From Planctomycetota bacterium (GTDB lineage: Bacteria; Planctomycetota; SZUA-567; H5-PLA8): a stretch of DNA of 64,000 bases. The stretch lies in assembly GCA_038227875.1 (NCBI GenBank), contig JBBRPR010000037.1:1-64000 (forward strand). The letters are read 5' to 3'. The translations under genes and the position numbers were made by a program. Of the stretch, positions 36,584 through 45,001 are shown piece after piece. A model generated the notes under the pieces. The model was given only the letters and a program-made list of their open reading frames with translations, ran no database searches and was not told the origin of the DNA. Each line of letters begins with the position of its first letter. Positions within the stretch are counted from its first letter, which is position 1.

Positions 36584-37102
36584 CTATGTGGGCATCGGCC
36601 GGTAGTCACTGCCACGCTCAATGCGCCGGAAGTCGCCGTTCTCAAGAAACGTAATCAGGCAATTCGCGGCGTGCTGGGCGATTTGCGGAACCTGCTTGCC
36701 GCCATACGGCCAGATCGAAGTCAGGCGCGGCGTCATCTTGCCGATCAGGTTCATCGTCGCCATCTTGTTGGGATCGGCGACGAGATAATCGCCCACTCCA
36801 CTTTCTCCGGCATGCAGACTTCGGCGCAGAAACAGAATTGGAATATCTTTGACCACTGGATCGAGCAGCGGCATCAGGTCCTTGGCGCCGAACGTATTGA
36901 TGACCACGATGGCTGGCTGGGTTTGCGCGGTCTGAGTCGACGCGAGGACGACGGCCAATTCTTTGAGATTGGATGCAAACGGCAGCGGCGCGATCTTGCT
37001 CTTGAACAGCAGTCCGCGGATGGTCGTGCAGATTCGTGTCTGCTCGTTCCCGGCAGCGGCTTCCGCTTCAAAGAAAACCGGTATGCGGCGCATAGGGCTC
37101 AA
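36584..37102 (-). CDS. hypothetical protein, possibly a degenerate receiver-like domain
   Basis: PAIVVINTFG...DIPILFL pattern; abuts the upstream stop (start at 37102 or 37093). Confidence 0.6.
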   Translation of the reverse strand: MSPMRRIPVFFEAEAAAGNEQTRICTTIRGLLFKSKIAPLPFASNLKELAVVLASTQTAQTQPAIVVINTFGAKDLMPLLDPVVKDIPILFLRRSLHAGESGVGDYLVADPNKMATMNLIGKMTPRLTSIWPYGGKQVPQIAQHAANCLITFLENGDFRRIERGSDYRPMPT

Positions 37103-38736
37103 CTGCTTGACGTGGCTTCACCCGTCAAACCCGTGCCGAGCAGGGACATCTTGACGTACGCGGCAGCGAAGTCTTTGAAGAACTCGTCCTGATTGTTGGC
37201 GTAGCGCAGGATGATCTCCCGGCACTCGGGATCCTTGATCATGTCCTTGTCGGTCGAGAGCATGTTCTTGGTGTTACCCGAGATCAGCGCTTTGTAGTAG
37301 CTGTTGTTGAACTTGTACCAGTCGTCGGTGAACGGAATACCTTTCAGCCGTCCGATGGTGTGAGCGCCGGAGAGCGCGACCATCTCCTGGACAGTGAGAC
37401 CGGTGTCGGCAAAGCGATCCTTCAACTGCGTCGTCGTCAGGTTTTCCAGATCGAGCACATTGGCGGGCGTGTACTTATCGGAATCCACGCGGCCCAGCGG
37501 CACGTGGATTTCCGGCCCGCCGCACTTCTCAACCGCCACCGCACCGCCGAGGGCGATCAAGTCGGCCCAGGAAACTTCCGGGAAACGTTCCTTCACCGGC
37601 TTGAGCAGATTGATTGGGATTTCCATGCCGCGATTTTCGTAGCGCGACAGTTGTTCCGGCAGACGCAGCGAACCGTCGGCGCCACCGGTTTTCATGCGCG
37701 CGCTGTACTTGCCCGCGTCGTGAAACGCGGCGCGCAGAAAGAGCGGTGCCTTCTGTTGCGTGACGACGTCGCAGAGCGCCCGGTTGACGCGGCGGCGCAG
37801 GTCGCCTTCGCGGTCGATGATCTGCGTCTGGTCGTAGAGGCGCACGACCTCATGCAAATGATACGATCCGCTTTTGCCTTTCAGCAGAGCGTCGTGGGTG
37901 CGGCCCAGCTGGATCCGGTTTTTGAGGTGAAAATACACGGCGTCGGAAATCAGCAGCGAGGCCTGATACGTCTTCGTTGCCGATTCGATGCGGCTGGCCA
38001 TGTTGACGTTGTCGCCGATCACGGTCATCTGGCGGCGGTTGGGATGGCCCAGTTCGCCGAGGATCGCTTCGCCAAAATGGATGCCGACGCCAATGCGGAA
38101 TTCGACGTCGAAATTGCGCTTCAGATAAACGTTGAGCGACTTGAGTTCGTCGACCATTTCCAGACCGGCGTTGACGGCGTTGAAGCAATTGATCTGCGGA
38201 TCGGAGGTGTTGATGCCGAAGAGCGCCATCATGCCGTCGCCCATGTACTTGTCGATGTAGCCTTCGTTGCGCAGCACCGCTTCGCCCATCTGGTAGAAAT
38301 AGCGGTTGAGAATATGGATCGTGTCGTACGACAGGTGGCGTTCGGAAAAGACGGTGAAGTCGCGGATGTCCGTGAACATGATCGCCAGGCGCGTTTCACG
38401 CCCGGTCGTGACCTGCGGGCAATGGATCACCAGATCCGCGTCGCCATCGTCGAGCACCAGGCGGCGGACCGAGACCGGTCCGGTCACGCGGGTCTGGCAG
38501 GCGAGGCGGATGTTCTTCTCGAAACCTTTGATGTCGGCGAGTTTTTGTTCAGCGGCATTGCGTGGCGTGCAATTGTCGAGGTTATCGAGCACCATCACGC
38601 GGCAGGTGGAACAACGCGCCGTCGCACCACACACATGCATGTGCGGTACTTTGTTCTTCAACGCGATATCGAGCAGGGACAGGCTCTGGTCCGTCTCTTC
38701 AAACGTCCCGTCCTGATGAAAATCAATCAACGCCAT
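37099..38736 (-). CDS. [2Fe-2S] ferredoxin - class III adenylate cyclase - class I heme peroxidase fusion
   Basis: CGATARCSTC...RLACQ; FTDIRDFT, DKYMGDG, TVIGDNVNMASR; LRAAFHDAG, SWADLI, VALSGAHTIG, LSTD. Confidence 0.92.
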   Translation of the reverse strand: MALIDFHQDGTFEETDQSLSLLDIALKNKVPHMHVCGATARCSTCRVMVLDNLDNCTPRNAAEQKLADIKGFEKNIRLACQTRVTGPVSVRRLVLDDGDADLVIHCPQVTTGRETRLAIMFTDIRDFTVFSERHLSYDTIHILNRYFYQMGEAVLRNEGYIDKYMGDGMMALFGINTSDPQINCFNAVNAGLEMVDELKSLNVYLKRNFDVEFRIGVGIHFGEAILGELGHPNRRQMTVIGDNVNMASRIESATKTYQASLLISDAVYFHLKNRIQLGRTHDALLKGKSGSYHLHEVVRLYDQTQIIDREGDLRRRVNRALCDVVTQQKAPLFLRAAFHDAGKYSARMKTGGADGSLRLPEQLSRYENRGMEIPINLLKPVKERFPEVSWADLIALGGAVAVEKCGGPEIHVPLGRVDSDKYTPANVLDLENLTTTQLKDRFADTGLTVQEMVALSGAHTIGRLKGIPFTDDWYKFNNSYYKALISGNTKNMLSTDKDMIKDPECREIILRYANNQDEFFKDFAAAYVKMSLLGTGLTGEATSSS

Positions 38737-38894
38737 GCGGCGGATGTTAACAGAATTTCCATGCACGTCGAAGATGATTTCTTGACTTCTCACTGCCCTG
38801 TCGGCATCGTTTTACTCTATCGTCCCCTTCCCCGGTTTTGCGCCGTACTCCGCAACGCGGAAGGCAACCTCACGCTCAGGAGTTTGAACAGTCC

Positions 38895-39503
38895 ATGGCA
38901 TTGGTCACCGTCACCAGCAGCGGCGCGGAGCCGCGATCCTACGAAATCAACAAACCCCGCATCGTCTTCGGACGCGATTCGAACAATTCCGACGTCCATC
39001 TCGACAATCTGGCCATCTCCAAGAACCACTGCGAAATCGTCAAAGACGACCAGGGCTACCTGCTGCGCGATCTGAAAAGCTCCAACAAGACCTATGTGAA
39101 CGGGAAGGAAATCCAGGAGCACCGTCTCTCCAACGGCGACGAGATCGTCGTCGGAAATTTCAAGATGACGTTCTCCGGCGCCGTCGCCGTTGAGTCGCGC
39201 CCCAAGCCCGTGGCTGAGGATTCTTTTGAACCGACGCTCCAGCTTCCGCCGGAAATGATCCGCAAGAAGATGGAGGAAATGCAGCGCGAGAAGGAGCAGG
39301 GCGTCTCCGCCACCCGCGCCGCCGCCGCGACCACCGCCAAGCGCCCGACCGCGTCGAGCTCCCAGGACAATCACCCCGCGACCAGCCAGAACGCGCAGTC
39401 CGGATCGGGATCCGGCAATTCCAACATGGCCGTGATCATCGTCGTCGGCGCGATCATCGCCGTGATTGTGGTCAACGTGATCATCGCGCTGAGGCAGCAC
39501 TAA
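38895..39503 (+). CDS. FHA-domain protein with C-terminal TM anchor
   Basis: FGRD, ISKNHC, DLKSSNKTYVNG, LSNGDEI. Confidence 0.88.
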   Translation: MALVTVTSSGAEPRSYEINKPRIVFGRDSNNSDVHLDNLAISKNHCEIVKDDQGYLLRDLKSSNKTYVNGKEIQEHRLSNGDEIVVGNFKMTFSGAVAVESRPKPVAEDSFEPTLQLPPEMIRKKMEEMQREKEQGVSATRAAAATTAKRPTASSSQDNHPATSQNAQSGSGSGNSNMAVIIVVGAIIAVIVVNVIIALRQH

Positions 39504-39520
39504 CTTCAACGGCAACGGAT

Positions 39521-39552
39521 GGCATCGGAGATCGGGCATCGGGCATCGGTTA
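39521..39552. repeat. heptamer array (GGCATCG)n
   Basis: GGCATCG GAGATCG GGCATCG GGCATCG; inverted match at 42135-42160. Confidence 0.8.
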
Positions 39553-39791
39553 ATAAGGGTGCTCGGCGCTTTAACCTCATGCCGGTGCGAGTGGAGTTCG
39601 ATTTCAAATATGAGAAAGCGAACCCCGCTCGCAGATCATTATTCTGCATACAGAATTTACCATTGACCAATTTCTAAAGCCCGAATCCACGATCCAATCC
39701 GTTCGCGACGTTTGCGTTTTTCATATTTTCCCGATACATCGCCGGTGTATGCAGTTAAACTAAATGTGGCCTATTGATCAGGTTGGCAACC

Positions 39792-40964
39792 ATGCAACTG
39801 TACTACTGCGCAAAATGTGGATCGCGTCTTCCGAACGATGAGGCGGCGCGCGTCCAGCCGGAGGAAGAACCCGCCAACATTCTTTGCGTGGGTTGCGCGC
39901 CGCAAGTGCCGGCAGCGGACTTCAGTCACGCCGCGTCTGGTCCGAAGTTAGCCACGCACACGCCGGCCATGCCCGCGCGCGCAATTTCCGCAGCCAAAAC
40001 CCGCACGACTGAATTGCGCACGCGACCGAGCACCAATACCAATGTCTCGGCCAGCAACATCAGCCGCGCCACGCGTGGCGCTCCCGTTGCGCCCGGCAAA
40101 AGCGGCCCCAATTCAGGCCAGAAAAACAACACCATGATCTACGCCGGCGTGGGCGTCGGAGCGCTGGCGATTCTGTTCGGTCTGTATCTGATTGCCGGTT
40201 CAAGCGCGAAGCCCGAGGCACACGTCGCACGTACCGACGAGACCAAGCCTGATCCTTCGAAATCAACGACTTCGCCGGCGCCGAAAAGCGACAAGCCCAT
40301 CGAAACGAAAAGTACCACCAACACGCCCACAACTGCTCCTGAAGGCACGCAGTCTCCAAAGCCCATCGCCGATCCCGTCTTCTCGCCGAAAGAAGATTAC
40401 GAACGCCGCGTGAAAGCAGGCTTGATCAAGACCAACGAACCCGCGACGCCAGCAACTCCAGCGACGCCCGCCACGCCGGACGCGCCCAAAGCGACGGACG
40501 CACCGGCCACCGGTCCGCTGCCGGGGTATTCCGCCGATGACCCGAGCTGGAAGCTGATTTTCAACGGCAAGGACACCACGGGCTGGCACGATCTCAAGGG
40601 CCACTTCACGGTACAAGACGGGTGCCTGATCCACGTTGCTGGCACGGGAAACGCTTTTATCTCCACCGATGTCAATTACGGCGATTTCGATCTGAGTTTC
40701 AAAATCATGCTCATGGCAGGCGGTCGGCACGCGGAAGTGAAAGTCCGCGAGAGCAGCAGTTCGTTTTATATTGATGGCGGAGACTTCAATGTCTGGCGCG
40801 ACGTGCGCGTCTCCGCTCACGGCGGGCAGGTGCGCGCTTCCGTCAATGGCGAGCCACTCGCCTCCGCCGAAGGAGATGGCGCGGCGCTGACCGGCCCGAT
40901 TCAATTTTACTGTTCCAATGTGATTCAATACAAGATCAAGGACCTGGCCATCCGCACGAAGTAA
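39792..40964 (+). CDS. zinc ribbon + TM + Pro/Thr linker + DUF1080-like domain
   Basis: YYCAKCG...LCVGC; WKLIFNGKDTTGW, YGDFDL, GPIQF. Confidence 0.8.
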   Translation: MQLYYCAKCGSRLPNDEAARVQPEEEPANILCVGCAPQVPAADFSHAASGPKLATHTPAMPARAISAAKTRTTELRTRPSTNTNVSASNISRATRGAPVAPGKSGPNSGQKNNTMIYAGVGVGALAILFGLYLIAGSSAKPEAHVARTDETKPDPSKSTTSPAPKSDKPIETKSTTNTPTTAPEGTQSPKPIADPVFSPKEDYERRVKAGLIKTNEPATPATPATPATPDAPKATDAPATGPLPGYSADDPSWKLIFNGKDTTGWHDLKGHFTVQDGCLIHVAGTGNAFISTDVNYGDFDLSFKIMLMAGGRHAEVKVRESSSSFYIDGGDFNVWRDVRVSAHGGQVRASVNGEPLASAEGDGAALTGPIQFYCSNVIQYKIKDLAIRTK

Positions 40965-41021
40965 CCCCACCGATTTTCGCTTTCCCCGCCCCGCCCTCGT
41001 CCGTATGAATGACGCCCTGAA

Positions 41022-42056
41022 ATGACCGAGCCGAACCAGACCCCGCCGCCGCCGCGTGCCCCTGTGAACTTCGCGCCCAAACGCAAGCCGCGCGATCCGT
41101 TCGTGGACAGCCGCGCCTTCGCCGTGGCCAACGCCGCCTTCACCATTCTCAACGCGCTGCCCGCGTCGTGGGCGCGCGCCTGTGGGCGGACGCTGGGCCG
41201 CCTGTTCTGGAAATTCGACAAGCGCCACCGCGCCCGCGTGCTCCGCCAGATGAGCATCGCCTTTCGCGCCGGAAAATCCGACGATGAAAAGGCGCGTCTC
41301 TGCGCGCAGTTCTTCGAACACATCGGCCTGTCGGTGGTCGAATTCGCGCGGATGAGTCAGCTGAACGCGGAGAACATCGACCAACTCGTCGACTTCTCTG
41401 AACTGAAAGCCTTCGACGCGCTGCTGGCGCGGAACAAAGGTTTGCTCTGCGTTCCCGCGCACCACGGCAACTGGGAGCTCTGTGGCTACTCCGTCGCGTT
41501 GAAAGGCTACAAGCTCAAGTCCGTCGCCCGGCCGCTGGACAACCCGCTGCTCAACGAATTCGTGATGAATCACCGCGAACGTTCCGGCAACGAGATCATC
41601 CAGAAGTGGAAGGCGCTCTGGAAGCTGAAGAAACTGCTCGACCGCCGCAGCATCGTGACCATGTCCGTGGATCAGAACGGCGGCGTGGCGGGATTGTTCG
41701 TGCCCTGCTTCGGCTCGCTGGCCTCGACGGTGACCTCGCCTGCCGAATTGCACCTGGCCACCAAGGTGCCGATCATTGTCACGACGCTCAACCGCAAACC
41801 CGATGGCATTCATCACGTGCTGCGCATCTGGGACGTGATCGAACATGCCTCCAGCGACGACCGCGACCGGGACATCCGCGACGTGACCACGCGCATTAAC
41901 GCCGCGATCGAAAAAGCCGTCCATGCCTACCCCGAACAATGGCTCTGGTTCCATCAGCGCTGGAAGACGCGCCCCCCGGGAGAAGTGGCAGCGGCAGATG
42001 GCTTGCCACCCTTGTTAGCGGATGGCAGATCGGGCGGAACAGCGGGCAACGGTTAA
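41022..42056 (+). CDS. lipid A late acyltransferase family (LpxL/HtrB-like)
   Basis: AHHGNWE, RPLDNP, VDQNG, PEQWLWFHQRWKTRP. Confidence 0.9.
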   Translation: MTEPNQTPPPPRAPVNFAPKRKPRDPFVDSRAFAVANAAFTILNALPASWARACGRTLGRLFWKFDKRHRARVLRQMSIAFRAGKSDDEKARLCAQFFEHIGLSVVEFARMSQLNAENIDQLVDFSELKAFDALLARNKGLLCVPAHHGNWELCGYSVALKGYKLKSVARPLDNPLLNEFVMNHRERSGNEIIQKWKALWKLKKLLDRRSIVTMSVDQNGGVAGLFVPCFGSLASTVTSPAELHLATKVPIIVTTLNRKPDGIHHVLRIWDVIEHASSDDRDRDIRDVTTRINAAIEKAVHAYPEQWLWFHQRWKTRPPGEVAAADGLPPLLADGRSGGTAGNG

Positions 42057-42276
42057 TTGGCGCTATCGGCTGCTCGAAGATCGTTCCGTTGTGAGATGGG
42101 CCTGCAATATATAGCGCCAATCGACTATCCAAAATAACCGATGCCTGAGGCCCGATCCCCGCGGCCAGTTAGTTCCCCATTCGCCATTTGACATCGATTT
42201 GAAAAACGACCAAACTGTGCACCCTCATTTGGCAGGTTGTCTAATTATCAACATTCTTTAGAAGAGGGAGACCCCC

Positions 42277-43497
42277 ATGAAAAACCGCGGTGTTGTCTAT
42301 CTCGCCCCGGGAAAAGTTGAGATTCAGGAAATCGACTTTCCCAAACTCGAACTGCCGGTTCAGAAGCGCAAGTGCGAGCACGGCGTGATCCTCAAAGTAG
42401 TCTGCACGAATATCTGCGGCTCCGATCAGCACATGGTTCGCGGACGCACGACCGCGCCGGCCGGACTGGTGCTCGGCCATGAAATCACCGGCGAAGTGCT
42501 CGAATGCGGGCGCGACGTCGAATTCGTCAAGAAGGGCGACATCGTCAGCGTTCCGTTCAACATCGCCTGCGGCCGCTGCCGCAATTGTAAAGAAGGCAAG
42601 ACGGGCATCTGCCTGAGCGTCAATCCTGCGCGTCCGGGCGCCGCGTACGGCTACGTGGACATGGGCGGCTGGGTCGGCGGACAGGCGGAGTACGTGATGG
42701 TGCCGTACGCCGACTTCAATCTGCTGCGGCTCTCCGCGTCCTCCAAGGCCGACAAGGGCCTGCCGGACAAGGGCCACGTGATGGAGAAGATCAAGGATCT
42801 CGCCCTGCTCTCCGACATTTTCCCGACCGGCTACCACGGCGCGTTCTCCGCGGGCGTCGGACCGGGATCGACGGTCTACATCGCCGGCGCAGGCCCGGTG
42901 GGTCTGGCGGCGGCCTCGGCAGCGCAGTTGCTCGGCGCGGCGGTGGTGATCGTGGGCGACCTGATTCCCGAGCGTCTGGCGCAGGCCAAGAGCTTCGGCT
43001 GCGAAATCGTCGACGTCTCCAAGAAGGCGACGGTCGGTGAACAGATCGACCAGATCCTCGGCGTTCCGGAAGTGGATTGCGCGGTAGACTGCGTCGGCTT
43101 CGAAGCGCGCGGACACGGCGGCGATGCAGGCAAGGAACAGCCCGCGAAGGTGCTCAACACGGTGATGGAAATCGTGCGCGCCGGCGGCGACATCGGCATC
43201 CCCGGACTGTATGTCACCGGCGATCCGGGCGCGGTCGACGAGGAAGCAAAGATCGGCAGCCTGCGCATCCGCATCGGACTGGGCTGGGCCAAGAGCTGCA
43301 AGTTCACCACCGGCCAGTGCCCGGTGATGCGCTACAACCGCAACCTGATGATGGCGATTCTGCACGACAAGATCAAGATCGCCAAGAACGTCAACGTGCA
43401 GATGATCAAGCTCGACGACGCTCCGAAGGGCTACGTGGACTTCGACAAGGGCGCGGCGAAGAAGTTCATCATCGATCCGCACAAGACCGTCGCGTAA
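42277..43497 (+). CDS. fdhA: glutathione-independent formaldehyde dehydrogenase
   Basis: TNICGSDQHMVRGRT, GHEITGE, CGRCRNC, GAAYGYVDMGGWVGGQAEY, IPGLYVTGDPG, GLGWAKS. Confidence 0.95.
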   Translation: MKNRGVVYLAPGKVEIQEIDFPKLELPVQKRKCEHGVILKVVCTNICGSDQHMVRGRTTAPAGLVLGHEITGEVLECGRDVEFVKKGDIVSVPFNIACGRCRNCKEGKTGICLSVNPARPGAAYGYVDMGGWVGGQAEYVMVPYADFNLLRLSASSKADKGLPDKGHVMEKIKDLALLSDIFPTGYHGAFSAGVGPGSTVYIAGAGPVGLAAASAAQLLGAAVVIVGDLIPERLAQAKSFGCEIVDVSKKATVGEQIDQILGVPEVDCAVDCVGFEARGHGGDAGKEQPAKVLNTVMEIVRAGGDIGIPGLYVTGDPGAVDEEAKIGSLRIRIGLGWAKSCKFTTGQCPVMRYNRNLMMAILHDKIKIAKNVNVQMIKLDDAPKGYVDFDKGAAKKFIIDPHKTVA

Positions 43498-43522
43498 CGA
43501 CTGCCACGGCGTAAGAAAGAAC

Positions 43523-43561
43523 GCGGCCCTCCGGATTCAAAAGCAGAATTCGGAGGGCCGC
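43523..43561 (+). terminator. terminator hairpin after fdhA
   Basis: GCGGCCCTCCG...CGGAGGGCCGC. Confidence 0.7.
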
Positions 43562-43633
43562 TCTATTGTAATTTATCGAAACACGCTCAAGCTAAACGCG
43601 TCAAAGACGCTGTCTCGGTCTTGCGGAGAGTCC

Positions 43634-44881
43634 ATGCGAATAGTGTGCGCGCTCAGTGTCTTTGTAATCTGTATGTCCTTGGGAGCCGCAGAGACGCCGT
43701 TCGTCGTTCACGAATGGGGCGTGATGGTCCGCGGACGCACCACCCACGGCAGCCTGTTGTGCGCGCCGGATGAGTTGATCACTGGACTTCCGCCGTTTGC
43801 CCTGCTGCTCAAGAACGAGTACACGCCCAAGACCGAAAACCATGGTTGGGACAAACCCGTTCTTCATTTTTATGGTCCCGAAAATCTCGCCATCACCGTC
43901 AAGGTACTGACGCCGCAGGGCCGTCCGACCGCCTATTATCCCAAGCCCAACCTCGTGGAAAAAACAGTCCATATCACCGACGTGAAAGCCATGGACGCGT
44001 ACAGCCTGACCGACTGCGTGGGGCTCGAATGGTCCGGGACACTTAGCGCACAACCGTCGAAAAAAATACCGCAACCCTCCGCCGGCCACTGGTGGAACGA
44101 CGCGCGCCAGATTCCGAGCATGTATGTAAACACGCCCAACGGCGCCGAGCGTTTTCTGTTCTACGAAGCGACTGCGTTCCAGGAGCCCGCGATCACCGGT
44201 TCTGTGTCCGGGACGGAAATCGTGCTGAAAAACAGCCACTCCGCCGCCAGCGACCCGGTGCTGCTGATCCTCAATGATGGAACGACGCGGTATCTAACCG
44301 TCGTCAAAGCCGTCCCCGCGGGCGGCAGCGTCACCGTTAGCAAGGCCGACTTGCTGCGCACACCGGTGGACGCCGCCGCCATTCTGGACGCCGCGCGCGC
44401 TCAATGGGAATCGTTCGGCATGACGCACGATGAAGCGCCCGCCATTGTCTCGGTCTGGAAATCGGACCTGCTGAATACCGTCGGCTTTCTGTGCATCGCG
44501 CGGATGCCCGAAGAACTCTATGAAAAAATGTTTCCACTGACCATCACGCCCAACCCAGCCAGCCAGGTCCGCGCAGGCGTGATTTTCGACACGCTCTCCG
44601 GTGAGGAGGCGCGGCTGGATTGGCTTCCGCAGATCAAGGTGAAACTGGAACCGATGATCAGGAATCTCTCCGACGACGATTTCGAAGTGAGGCAACAGGC
44701 TGTCTCACAACTCATACGGATGGGCGATATCATCCTTCCCCGCATCAATGAATTGACGAAGAGCGAGAATTCCGAACTCGGTTCCAATGCCCGGGAAATC
44801 CAGAAACGCCTGCAACCCCTGATCGTGGATACGCCGCTGGAAAAAGGCGGCGCTGAAAACTCGTATATTCGACGGCGCTGA
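43634..44881 (+). CDS. secreted hypothetical protein with C-terminal HEAT-like repeat
   Basis: Signal peptide, VHEWG, KPVLHFY, ERFLFYE, LSDDDFEVRQQA. Confidence 0.75.
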   Translation: MRIVCALSVFVICMSLGAAETPFVVHEWGVMVRGRTTHGSLLCAPDELITGLPPFALLLKNEYTPKTENHGWDKPVLHFYGPENLAITVKVLTPQGRPTAYYPKPNLVEKTVHITDVKAMDAYSLTDCVGLEWSGTLSAQPSKKIPQPSAGHWWNDARQIPSMYVNTPNGAERFLFYEATAFQEPAITGSVSGTEIVLKNSHSAASDPVLLILNDGTTRYLTVVKAVPAGGSVTVSKADLLRTPVDAAAILDAARAQWESFGMTHDEAPAIVSVWKSDLLNTVGFLCIARMPEELYEKMFPLTITPNPASQVRAGVIFDTLSGEEARLDWLPQIKVKLEPMIRNLSDDDFEVRQQAVSQLIRMGDIILPRINELTKSENSELGSNAREIQKRLQPLIVDTPLEKGGAENSYIRRR

Positions 44882-45001
44882 TCCCGTTAAATATAACCGG
44901 AAGAACCTGCTGAAAGTTCTTTCAATATATAGCGACACGACTAACCTCGTTATTACTGCTGACCCTGACTAAATTCTGTTTCAACCTGTGCGAGCGAACC
45001 C

